From sequence record DRR723986_13540: DNA of 64,000 bases; one strand, written 5' to 3'. Within the stretch, counting starts at the first letter, position 1. Every line of letters begins with the position of its first letter. The notes under the pieces were generated by a model. The model did not search any database. It was not told where the DNA came from and saw only the letters and a list, made by a program, of their open reading frames with translations. Positions 39,762-48,822 of this stretch are shown here, piece after piece. A program made the translations under genes and the position numbers.

Positions 39762-42674
39762 CTATTTACCGACCATGTGAATATTTCCTTGCCCTTCAAA
39801 GGTAACTCCGTTTTCAGCTTTCCCCTTGTAAGAATAAAAATAAACTCCATTAGGACATAGATTTCCAGCCAAATTCTCACCATTCCATGATTGCGAAATA
39901 TCAGTGAATTCTGCAACCACTTTTCCCCAACGATTTACGATTGTACACTCAAATTCAATTACAGATTTAGCCAAATGGTTAAAAGTAAATTCATCATTAT
40001 CACCGTCTCCATTAGGTGTAAATATATTTGGTGCTACGAAAGTAAGCGGATCAAAAATGACCATCTCCTTGCACATGATATCTGAACAGCCATTGTCGTT
40101 CAGGACTTCAAGACAAACAGTGTAAACACCACCAATGGTATAAGTAGTATCCATAATCTCATTAAAATCATGAGTTAAATACCAAGGCAATCCATTTTCT
40201 TCGTGTAAAGTCCAGAAAAAATCTGGTTGGCTTGAGGGATCTAATGGATCTAAGTAGTTTTCAGAAGCATTAGTGAAAGAAACAGTTACATCTGCTGTTC
40301 CTTCACACAAACCAACTACTTCAAACTGATCAGAATCAACAGTAAAATTAGCAATTGGAGAAAGTGAATCAACTGTTACATTCCCAACTAAAACGCAGTT
40401 ATTATTATCAGTCACTGTCACTTCGTAGTTACCTGGATTCAGACCTCCCCAGGTGGAACTGCTAGCCGTTTGACCAGTCTGAGTATTGGTCCATAAATAA
40501 GTATACGCTGGGGAACCACCGATTGCTGATGCATAAACTACACCATTGCCGTTTTGATAAGAAAACACACGACATTGAGCAGGTTCAAATCCTAAACCTT
40601 GATTTGGAGCAAAAACAAGCTCATTTGGGTAGACTATATTAAAGGTTTGATTGGCAGTACAACCGTTGTCATCATTTAAGGTAACGGTATAAGTACCTTC
40701 ACCTACGTTCACTAGACTATCTTCAAAAAGGCCATTAGCTCCAGTTAGATTTGGAGTCCAGAAATAGCTGACACTGTCTAGTGCTCCCGTATAATTTATC
40801 AAATTATCAATGAATGCTAGACCCGTTGCTTCCCCATAACACAATGGATGCTCAACTTCAACATCAAACGACATAGGTGGAGGATCCTGCAAAAAGACAG
40901 AGTCAATATAGGTACATGGGAAATCGTCTGTTACTTCAAAATAATACCATCCTAAGCCTAAATTATTAGCAGTATTACTATTTCCTTGATTGACAATTAC
41001 TCCACTTGAATCAGTGATCACAAAAGTTACATTCCCGGTAATATTGGTCATATTAATCGTTGCAGAGCCATCTTCCAATCCAAAGCAAGTTGGGTTATTT
41101 GGAGATATCGTTCCTGTTAACGCACACCCAGCGGTGACAGTAATGGTAATGCAATCTTGGTCATCACAAGGCGGTGTACCAGCATCATAGCAAATTTGCC
41201 AATTTCCTACACCTGCTACTGCAGGGTCAAAAACTCCGGTATTGGCATCAATACATGCTCCACAATTAGACGACCATGTTCCGCCTGCCGGGCTAGCAGA
41301 TAAATTTTGTTGTCCACTTGAGGGAGAAAAAGGACCAGCTGGAGTAATGCTAGCATTCGCTTGCGGTATCACAACAACATCTACAACATCTGTAGCAACA
41401 CATCCGCTTAAATCTGCCGTCACAGTATAAGTTGTTGTTCCCACAGGAGGTGTAAAAGCTACACCATCTATAACGCCGTTATTCCAAGAAATTATTGCGC
41501 CATCAGGGTTAGTTGCAGTTAAAACTACCGTTTGACCTTCACAAACTGATTGATCGACTCCTGCTCCTACAGTCGGCGACCCGGGACTAGCAATGGATTC
41601 TACAGATGGATTCGTTCCTATACATCCTGCGGAATCTAAAGTAAAATTTGAATAAGATCCAGGTGCTAAATTTGAAACTATAATATTCCCTGAAGCATCT
41701 GCGGTTACAGAGATAGGACCCACTGGTCCTCCGTTTAAATATCCCAAATTATAAGTCTGACCAGGTGTTAATCCAGTTAAGGTTATTGAACCATCAAATG
41801 GAGCAGTGCAAGTTGTTGCATCAGTAGATGAAACCGTAAAAATGGGTCCTGATACCGTTGTAATAAGAGCTGAATCCATGGCTGAACATTGCCCTAATGT
41901 TGCTGTAGTCGTATACATAGTTGACCCTGAAGGAGGCGTAAAAGCAACACCATCAGTGATGCCGTTATTCCATGTAATTACAGCCATATCTGGATTGGTA
42001 GCCGTTAAAGTTACTTGCGACCCGTCACAAATTGATTGGTCTGGACCCGCATTTACAGAAGGACCAGTTGTACAATCAACCAAAATATTATCTATTCTCC
42101 AATACTCAGTTCCTGCCCAACACTGCACCCCTATTCTCAACTCTAATGTATTACCCGCTGCCACACAGCCAGTTGAGTAATTAAATCCTACGGCTGCACC
42201 ATCAACATCATAAATAATATTTAAAGATGCACATGCACCCGGACAGAAATATGAATTGGCCGGTGATTGCCATCCGGTATTATCAATATTATATTCAAAT
42301 GAAACCCAATCGGTTGCTGTACATCCATCTCCACATGGTTCGAATGTTCCTTGACCACTCAGATCGAACGACATTTCAATATAATTACATGATGAGATAT
42401 CGATTGGAGAGGTTGTTTCCCAGTAGGCGGGACCGTTTGTGTCTTGCGCCTCCAACTCCCCATTATTCACATGAAAATGATCTCCAGCTACACAAGTAGC
42501 ACAGGTTGTAGACCAGGTTACCGCACCAATATTTTCTGTTCCTGTAGTTGATGTATTTGCTTCATCAAAAGTCTCCAAAAAAATCTGCGAATCACTTTGA
42601 TACGGGTTTACAACTAGCAATAGAACTAAGGTAAATTGCAAGTATGCATACGTAGAATTTATAAGTTTTTTCAT
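39762..42674 (-). CDS. T9SS type-B (gliding motility-associated C-terminal domain) adhesin-like protein with Ig-like/SprB/PKD repeats
   Basis: PNIFTPNGDGDNDEF...NRWG...WNG...GVYFY CTD; two duplicated Ig-like units; start taken at ATG 42674. Confidence 0.9.
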   Translation of the reverse strand: MKKLINSTYAYLQFTLVLLLVVNPYQSDSQIFLETFDEANTSTTGTENIGAVTWSTTCATCVAGDHFHVNNGELEAQDTNGPAYWETTSPIDISSCNYIEMSFDLSGQGTFEPCGDGCTATDWVSFEYNIDNTGWQSPANSYFCPGACASLNIIYDVDGAAVGFNYSTGCVAAGNTLELRIGVQCWAGTEYWRIDNILVDCTTGPSVNAGPDQSICDGSQVTLTATNPDMAVITWNNGITDGVAFTPPSGSTMYTTTATLGQCSAMDSALITTVSGPIFTVSSTDATTCTAPFDGSITLTGLTPGQTYNLGYLNGGPVGPISVTADASGNIIVSNLAPGSYSNFTLDSAGCIGTNPSVESIASPGSPTVGAGVDQSVCEGQTVVLTATNPDGAIISWNNGVIDGVAFTPPVGTTTYTVTADLSGCVATDVVDVVVIPQANASITPAGPFSPSSGQQNLSASPAGGTWSSNCGACIDANTGVFDPAVAGVGNWQICYDAGTPPCDDQDCITITVTAGCALTGTISPNNPTCFGLEDGSATINMTNITGNVTFVITDSSGVIVNQGNSNTANNLGLGWYYFEVTDDFPCTYIDSVFLQDPPPMSFDVEVEHPLCYGEATGLAFIDNLINYTGALDSVSYFWTPNLTGANGLFEDSLVNVGEGTYTVTLNDDNGCTANQTFNIVYPNELVFAPNQGLGFEPAQCRVFSYQNGNGVVYASAIGGSPAYTYLWTNTQTGQTASSSTWGGLNPGNYEVTVTDNNNCVLVGNVTVDSLSPIANFTVDSDQFEVVGLCEGTADVTVSFTNASENYLDPLDPSSQPDFFWTLHEENGLPWYLTHDFNEIMDTTYTIGGVYTVCLEVLNDNGCSDIMCKEMVIFDPLTFVAPNIFTPNGDGDNDEFTFNHLAKSVIEFECTIVNRWGKVVAEFTDISQSWNGENLAGNLCPNGVYFYSYKGKAENGVTFEGQGNIHMVGK

Positions 42675-42829
42675 GTTACTAAAAGTAGAACACAAAGTTA
42701 GTTCAAAACACAGCACTATTCTTGATTTAATGTTAAAATTCGATTAACTATTTGAATCTAATTATGAACAAGATAAAATCTGGCATAACTATGGTAGTAG
42801 GATTAATAAATCAGATTAATTTTGTACCT

Positions 42830-43735
42830 ATGTCGAAATCAATTCTTTGTCTACTACTTATTGTATCAACTTCTTTAGGATATGCACAAGAATCCTTGTT
42901 ACTTGGTGAGTTAAAGGCTGAAGATATTCGTTTTACGCCAAGAACAGATGGCGCAGAAAAAATCACTTCTTATTTTTTTAAAGTATCGAAAAAAGAAGGT
43001 TATAATGCTTCTGATATCGTAGGATTTGAGCAGTATTATGAAAATGGATTGATTCGTTCTAAGGTTAGTTTTAGCGGAAAGAACAAACAAAACTCAAATT
43101 CATTCAATTACGAATATGACGGATTCAATATGGTTCGATTTAGTTTTCTATCAATTAGTGATGATGGAAATTATGGTAGACAAGGTGAATTCACTTATGA
43201 TGAATTCAATCGATTAGTTCTTCAAAAACATTCTTTGGCTAACATCCGATACGAATATTACCCGGATGGACGGATGAAAACGAAGGCGTACTATTACGAC
43301 AATAAGGGTGAATCAGAAACTGAACCTTGGATCAACTATTACTTTTATGATGATCAATTGAATTTAATTCACGTAGATCCGGATCCAAAAAGCACAGGTC
43401 AAACTTCATTTTATAATGATAAAAACGAATTGATTAAACACGACTATTATCCCGGTATCGCCTACTCTACCTATGCTTATGATTCTGTCGGAAATTGTAT
43501 CCAACAAGTGGATTATGAAATGGGTAAGAAACATTGGGATTCAACCAAATTTGTGTTCACTTATAATCAAAAAGGACAATTGGTCACTTCTGGGCAAATG
43601 AATAAAAAAGGAAAAATATTCTTAGATGAGGAACATAAATATTTACCCAACGGAGAGCCGAAAGAAATCATCTATTTCAGAAAGAACAAAGCTAAATTTG
43701 TGAAACACTTTAATTACGAGTATTTTGAAGAATAG
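42830..43735 (+). CDS. Exported hypothetical protein with YD/RHS-like beta-hairpin repeats
   Basis: Signal peptide; YEYD, YDEFNRL, YDSVGN, YNQKGQL; TAATTTTG promoter 5 nt before ATG 42830. Confidence 0.7.
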   Translation: MSKSILCLLLIVSTSLGYAQESLLLGELKAEDIRFTPRTDGAEKITSYFFKVSKKEGYNASDIVGFEQYYENGLIRSKVSFSGKNKQNSNSFNYEYDGFNMVRFSFLSISDDGNYGRQGEFTYDEFNRLVLQKHSLANIRYEYYPDGRMKTKAYYYDNKGESETEPWINYYFYDDQLNLIHVDPDPKSTGQTSFYNDKNELIKHDYYPGIAYSTYAYDSVGNCIQQVDYEMGKKHWDSTKFVFTYNQKGQLVTSGQMNKKGKIFLDEEHKYLPNGEPKEIIYFRKNKAKFVKHFNYEYFEE

Positions 43736-44570
43736 TCATTGTAGCTTCAATCAACTTTAATTGCTCATCAAAATGACCTTTTTGAGCCTCAATATTGATA
43801 TAGTTGATTCCGTTTTGACCACAATACACTGATAAAGACCCGTCATTCACATACTTTTCGTTGTCTTGAAGAATCACATTAATTCCCATTTTTTTGAATT
43901 CTTCAAAGTATGATTTTACAGTGGTATAGATGAAATCATCCGCATCCATATCCGGATTTACATAAACCTCAGCTGTATTTTCGCTTTCATCACCACCAGG
44001 AAGATAACTCTTAATTGTATAATTCACATCAGTGTTATTGTGCATAGCCACAATCACCGATTTATCATTGAGGTATTCAAGAATATATTCGGAAAAAATT
44101 CTGACTTCTTTTGCTGCTTTGAACGAAAATTTACCTCCGTCCTTTAGGGTATTTTTTCTTCCTTTTCTTGTGAATATTCGGTTTGGATCAACTGAATACG
44201 CTTTGCCTTTCAATTCAAACTCAAGTCTTCTGGTTTTAGCGTGTGCAATTCTGACAAAATGAACTGGTGTTGATTTTGCATATTCATGAACAGTCTCAAT
44301 GCTCGTATGCTCATCTTCATGAACATTTAAGAATAAGATGTCATCATTGATATCTCCGTATTCTTGAATCAACTGAAAAGTCGCGTTACCTAGTTTGACG
44401 GTTTTAATCATAGGATTTTCATTCTGGGCAATACCAGTTAGTGAATTCAAAAATAACAGTAAAAAGAAAAGGATGTAAAAAAGTGGTGAATAGAATTTTA
44501 CAATTCTATTATTTCCAGATTCTGATAACTGGAACCGTTCCGTTGTCTTCAACTTTTCCACCAGCAGCAA
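43710..44570 (-). CDS. Exported M14-like zinc hydrolase (start codon uncertain)
   Basis: HEDE (HxxE), DPNRIF, MHNN and IEA residues in M14-like order. Confidence 0.65.
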   Translation of the reverse strand: MLLVEKLKTTERFQLSESGNNRIVKFYSPLFYILFFLLLFLNSLTGIAQNENPMIKTVKLGNATFQLIQEYGDINDDILFLNVHEDEHTSIETVHEYAKSTPVHFVRIAHAKTRRLEFELKGKAYSVDPNRIFTRKGRKNTLKDGGKFSFKAAKEVRIFSEYILEYLNDKSVIVAMHNNTDVNYTIKSYLPGGDESENTAEVYVNPDMDADDFIYTTVKSYFEEFKKMGINVILQDNEKYVNDGSLSVYCGQNGINYINIEAQKGHFDEQLKLIEATMTILQNTRN

Positions 44571-44931
44571 GGTAATTAAATTCCCTTAAATCGTAGATAG
44601 CTTTTTTATATTGAACGACATGTTTCGCTTGATCGAATCCTAAGGCTTGGAATTTTGGCAGTTGCTTAGCTGCATCTTCTTCTGAGCTAAAAGCGGCAGT
44701 ATAGTATGTTGAAACTCCCTTTTGGCTTACCGGAGTTACGCCACCAATCTGGCGCATTAACTCTACTATATGTACCGGGATTGAGTTAGAAAATTCTCCT
44801 AATTGAATTCGGTGAACTGCTTTGTTCGTGTCAATTTTACCACTTAAGTTTCGAGCTTCTAAAAAAGAATTCTCTGAGGAATATCCAATAGACCCAACAG
44901 AAAGGGCAATAATTAGAACTATTGTTTTCAT
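44509..44931 (-). CDS. Small exported SPOR-like domain protein
   Basis: Signal peptide; HRIQLGEF...YYTAAF..EEDA...GF resembles the C-terminal SPOR-like domains of 36337-38505. Confidence 0.7.
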   Translation of the reverse strand: MKTIVLIIALSVGSIGYSSENSFLEARNLSGKIDTNKAVHRIQLGEFSNSIPVHIVELMRQIGGVTPVSQKGVSTYYTAAFSSEEDAAKQLPKFQALGFDQAKHVVQYKKAIYDLREFNYLAAGGKVEDNGTVPVIRIWK

Positions 44932-45007
44932 GTTTATTAGTTTGTTGTTGTCAAATTATACTGATAATGAGACAACAAGGTTACTTTCAACAAACACAGA
45001 TGAGTTC

Positions 45008-45241
45008 TTAGGCTGGTCTTTTTGCTTTAAAATCAATTTGACCTTTAAAGAATTTATTCAATTCTTGTGACCAGTGTTCATCTGGGTTTTCGGCTTTTTC
45101 GTTGGATACAAACATTAACTCTTGCTGCGAGCATTGGATGGTATCTACAAAAACTCCTTTTTTAATTAAAAACTGGATAATTGACAACTTTGGGTTCTTC
45201 AATCCTCCTGACTTAGGCATATAAACTACTCTTGTTTCCAT
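45008..45241 (-). CDS. Small hypothetical protein (77 aa)
   Basis: ATG 45241; upstream ORF extension is low-complexity AT-rich and probably untranslated. Confidence 0.45.
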   Translation of the reverse strand: METRVVYMPKSGGLKNPKLSIIQFLIKKGVFVDTIQCSQQELMFVSNEKAENPDEHWSQELNKFFKGQIDFKAKRPA

Positions 45242-45535
45242 ATCGAATAATCTACTAAATCGGTCGAATATAAAATTTAATTTTTTAAATCGACCAAATA
45301 GGGTTATTTTTTTTGTTTTAACTAAACGTTTTAGGTGTTTTTTAACGGTATTTAAATCCAACCGTGATAAATTGAACAACTAAATCGTTAGGTTCTGTAT
45401 ATTCTACTGATTACTAAGTCATGAGGTTACATTACTTAAATAATATGTTTTTAAAGCTTTGATTTTGAGGATTAAAAAATTAATTTGAAAAGAGAATCTC
45501 CAATTCAAATGCTTATTATAAATTTGCAGTCAATA

Positions 45536-45591
45536 ATTGGCCTCGTAGTTTGCTTCGACTTTGCTCCGCACAGGCGTTTCACTACGAGACC
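45536..45591 (+). repeat. 15-bp copy of the tRNA 5' end folded into a hairpin around a REP-like core
   Basis: ATTGGCCTCGTAGTT at 45536 and 45597; CTCGTAGT/ACTACGAG stem; CTTCGACTTTGCTCCGCACAGG inside. Confidence 0.75.
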
Positions 45592-45599
45592 AAAGTATT

Positions 45600-45673
45600 G
45601 GCCTCGTAGTTCAACTGAATAGAATACCTGATTACGGCTCAGGCGGTTGCAGGTTTGAATCCTGCCGAGGTCA
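45600..45673 (+). tRNA. tRNA-Arg (anticodon ACG), CCA not encoded
   Basis: Acceptor GGCCTCG/CGAGGTC, anticodon arm CCTGA-TTACGGC-TCAGG, T arm GCAGG-TTTGAAT-CCTGC; TAAATTTG promoter at 45519-45526. Confidence 0.96.
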
Positions 45674-45675
45674 CT

Positions 45676-45705
45676 AAAAAGCTCTTCTTACGAAGGGCTT
45701 TTTTT
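45676..45705 (+). terminator. Intrinsic terminator after the tRNA
   Basis: GCTCTTC-TTAC-GAAGGGC stem followed by T7. Confidence 0.85.
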
Positions 45706-45779
45706 GTATCTACACCCAAAAAGCACTAATAATGAGGGCTTCAGAGAAATAGCCATTTTTTCTGAATTCAAATGATATC

Positions 45780-45842
45780 AATTTGCTTGCTAAAAATAGC
45801 AAGCAAATTAGCAAGCAAGTGTTTTTCAAAATCTGCTTGCTA
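45780..45842. repeat. Four TAGCAAGCA copies, putative integrase arm-type sites
   Basis: 13-bp perfect inverted repeat 45780-45792/45797-45809, direct copy 45809-45818, inverted copy 45834-45842. Confidence 0.7.
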
Positions 45843-45933
45843 AATTCTGCGTAAATACATTACGTAGCTGAAAAGTAATCTTGTGTTGTTAGGATTTAAA
45901 GTGCATTGACACTGCAACTTAAATACATATAAT

Positions 45934-47202
45934 ATGAACACAACACAGAAACTTAAAGTAACCTTCTACCCTTATCTACAAAGGATTAAACAAGGTGAAG
46001 CACCATTGTATTGCAAAATCACAATTGATAGTGCAAGAGCTCAATTTTCTACTCCTCACAAAATCAATCCTGATCAGTGGGATAAGAAAAACATGAATCT
46101 TACTGGGAGTGGCACACAACAACTTGTAGTTAACGCGTACATCCAACAAGTCAAAAGTGAACTTAACAATCATTTCTTAAGAGCTGTAGCATCCAATAAG
46201 ATCATCTCAGCAAAAGAATTGAAAGCTGAGTATTTAGGAATTGAGATTCAACAACCAAAAAAGAAAACGCTTAGTGATGCTTTTGATTTTCACATTGCTA
46301 AACTTCAAGAAAAACTGGATGCTAAGTTGATTCACAAAAACACCATGCTGAGATACAAGGCCACTAAAAGTAAGATGCTTGATTTTATAAAGGCACAGTA
46401 TCGGATCAATGAAATTGAATTGGACGCTTTGAAATATTCGTTTATCACAGAATTTGAACACTACCTACTCACAAAAGAAAAACTCCTTCCCAATACAGCA
46501 CACAAGAACCTCATCAACCTCAAGAAGGTAATCAAGGTAGCTGTTCAATTAGAATGGCTCATAGTTAGCCCATTCACACAATTTCAATGCAAATACCGAA
46601 ACCCTGAAAGAGTCTTTCTTACTCAAGATGAGCTAGACCGAATAAAGAATAAAACCTTTACAATTGATCGCTTAACCAAAGTGAGAGATGTATTCTTATT
46701 TCAATGTTATACCGGATTTTCATTTGCAGACATTTTTAAGTTTGACCAAAATGCTTTATCAATCGGTATAGATGGTGATTACTGGATAACAACCCACAGA
46801 AGTAAAACGGGTAATCGTGAAAGTGTGCCCCTACTCCCTATCGCAATGGAGATAATCCAAAAGTATAAGGATCACGAAGAGTGCATCAAAAAAAATACAC
46901 TACTTCCGGTCAACACAAACGAGCGTTATAATTCTTACCTCAAAGAGATAGCAGATGCATGTGAAATAAGAAAAAATATCACAACACATGTGGCACGTCA
47001 TACTTTTGCAACTACTGTAACGCTTTCCAATGGTGTTCCTATTGAAACTGTATCAAAAATGTTAGGCCACACAAAATTGGCTACCACTCAGATTTATGCA
47101 AAAGTTTTAGACCGTAAAGTCAGTGAAGACATGAAGGTGTTGAGAGAAAAACTAGACCAAAAATCAGATGAAAAACAGAATAAAAATAAGGACGTAATTT
47201 GA
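45934..47202 (+). CDS. Tyrosine recombinase/integrase, IntDOT-like
   Basis: N-terminal arm-binding domain, YTGFSFAD, HVARHTFAT, LGH and TQIYA catalytic motifs. Confidence 0.95.
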   Translation: MNTTQKLKVTFYPYLQRIKQGEAPLYCKITIDSARAQFSTPHKINPDQWDKKNMNLTGSGTQQLVVNAYIQQVKSELNNHFLRAVASNKIISAKELKAEYLGIEIQQPKKKTLSDAFDFHIAKLQEKLDAKLIHKNTMLRYKATKSKMLDFIKAQYRINEIELDALKYSFITEFEHYLLTKEKLLPNTAHKNLINLKKVIKVAVQLEWLIVSPFTQFQCKYRNPERVFLTQDELDRIKNKTFTIDRLTKVRDVFLFQCYTGFSFADIFKFDQNALSIGIDGDYWITTHRSKTGNRESVPLLPIAMEIIQKYKDHEECIKKNTLLPVNTNERYNSYLKEIADACEIRKNITTHVARHTFATTVTLSNGVPIETVSKMLGHTKLATTQIYAKVLDRKVSEDMKVLREKLDQKSDEKQNKNKDVI

Positions 47203-47271
47203 TTACGGAATGACCTTCTTTCTTTGTTCTCTTCTCCAATAATTGAGTATTAACGATAAAAGAACAAAACC

Positions 47272-48105
47272 ATGGAAGAGTACATATCAGCAACAAAAAC
47301 CTTATGTGATGAATTGGAGCAATTACATGTAGAAGAAGCTGATGTAAGCTACAGAAGCACGAAAGCTGCAAAGCTCATTCGTAAAGTCTTAACCTCTTTT
47401 CGCAAACAGATTTGCGAAAAGGGGTTTTTAAACGAAGAGGATGAAATTCACTTCTTTAAATTCGTAAAGCCCAGGGTAAATTCTTACCTCATCTTCTTTT
47501 CAGTATTGCATGAAATTGAAACTGAAAAACACATGGTCAATGAGCAAGAGTTCAAAGATTGCGTAGACAAAAAGCAACGCATGTTCAGGTACATCATGAA
47601 AGAGAATCCAGAGTTTGTTTCTTATTACCGAGCCGGCCTTACTCACCTCGACAGAATCTACTTTCTTAGAGGTGCCAATTTAAGCGTGATGTCAAAACAC
47701 AGTACAAAACAATTAGACGACCCTGACTTCAATACCTCTCATGACACTGTAGCGGCTAACATCTTGGCCTTTGATTTATTTCAAAAGCACTTGTTTCCAA
47801 AATCTAAACTTCAGCCTCAATTCAAACCACCAGCTCCTAAACTCAAATGGACAGGTAGTAAGCTAGATTTGGTTGAATTGATTTATGCGCTTCAAGCTTC
47901 TAATGCCTTAAATTATGGTGAAGCTGAATTGAAAGATATCTGCTCATCATTTGAATCAATATTTCAAATTAAAGTAGGTGATTTGTACAGATCTTTTCAT
48001 GACATTTCGAATCGTAAAAAGAAACAGATCAAGTTTGTGAATACCCTTGAAGAGAGGTTATTGAACAAGATTGAAGAGTTGGATGGATATTATCCGGATA
48101 ATTGA
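47272..48105 (+). CDS. rteC: RteC domain regulator
   Basis: EIHFFKFVKP and LKWTGSKLDLVELIYAL motifs. Confidence 0.88.
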   Translation: MEEYISATKTLCDELEQLHVEEADVSYRSTKAAKLIRKVLTSFRKQICEKGFLNEEDEIHFFKFVKPRVNSYLIFFSVLHEIETEKHMVNEQEFKDCVDKKQRMFRYIMKENPEFVSYYRAGLTHLDRIYFLRGANLSVMSKHSTKQLDDPDFNTSHDTVAANILAFDLFQKHLFPKSKLQPQFKPPAPKLKWTGSKLDLVELIYALQASNALNYGEAELKDICSSFESIFQIKVGDLYRSFHDISNRKKKQIKFVNTLEERLLNKIEELDGYYPDN

Positions 48106-48230
48106 ATTTACGAATTTGAGTTTATCCAAATTCAAATAATGAGTTAGTACTAATTGAGAAACAAGCGTTTAGAGCAATCTGAAATGACAATTTAAATGAA
48201 TTAAAGTTATTTTTCCATATATTTGTTTCA

Positions 48231-48728
48231 GTGAAAGTGTTAAAAACATTCATATCATTTTTGTTTCTATCTACTTATTTGATAGGCTTTGGGCATGCTT
48301 TAACTCCCCATTGTCAAACAAGTTGCGATAATCATGATGTGGTTGAAAAAACGCATTCCCATGAACATCATGTACACAGTACGGATATGGGAAGTGAACA
48401 TGATCACGATCATGTAAGTCATGGAGATCATTTTGACGAAAATTGGATTGACCTTCTCGTTTGTTTGTTGAGTGATGTTGAACATCACAGTGCTGGCTGC
48501 CATGCACCTCACTTTTTTCAAACTGATAATTTAAATGATAAAAAATCGTGGTCTAAAGAAAAAGATGATAATCAAGAAGATATTGTAGCTGAATTTCAGT
48601 TACCTATTTCTTTTGAGTTGATTCTTGTAAAGACTACAATTAAATCAAATGCGCCTCCGCAGATTGATTACAGTTTTCTTCATTTTGAAGACTCGCCCCT
48701 AAGAGGCCCTCCTTTTTATTCTTGTTAA
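48231..48728 (+). CDS. His-rich exported leader protein with C-terminal RGPP (putative arrest peptide)
   Basis: N-terminal hydrophobic segment, His/Cys-rich core, SPLRGPP four residues before the stop; TATATTTG promoter at 48218-48225. Confidence 0.75.
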   Translation: MKVLKTFISFLFLSTYLIGFGHALTPHCQTSCDNHDVVEKTHSHEHHVHSTDMGSEHDHDHVSHGDHFDENWIDLLVCLLSDVEHHSAGCHAPHFFQTDNLNDKKSWSKEKDDNQEDIVAEFQLPISFELILVKTTIKSNAPPQIDYSFLHFEDSPLRGPPFYSC

Positions 48729-48814
48729 GCCAAATTGGCTTTTGTACAGCTCAAAGGATAGCTGTGCTTTGATTGTTTTTTCAAACAATCAGTTTCTTTT
48801 TAAACAAGAATAAA
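48715..48814 (+). promoter_or_regulatory. Multibranch RNA structure masking the czcA translation initiation region
   Basis: TTTATTCTTGTT (48715-48726) is the exact reverse complement of AACAAGAATAAA (48803-48814) and encloses three inner hairpins. Confidence 0.65.
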
Positions 48815-48822
48815 TTAAAATA

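Noticed and set aside
41375-42063. Two duplicated Ig-like units in the T9SS type-B protein
   Set aside because: Ordinary domain repetition for this adhesin class; DNA copies are diverged
45243-45300. TCGAATA and AAATCG repeats upstream of the 77-aa ORF
   Set aside because: Short, inconsistent spacing, and one copy abuts the start codon; too weak to call an operator
45655-45675. Second copy of the tRNA 3' end (attR)
   Set aside because: None seen by eye in the window; the element continues past 64000
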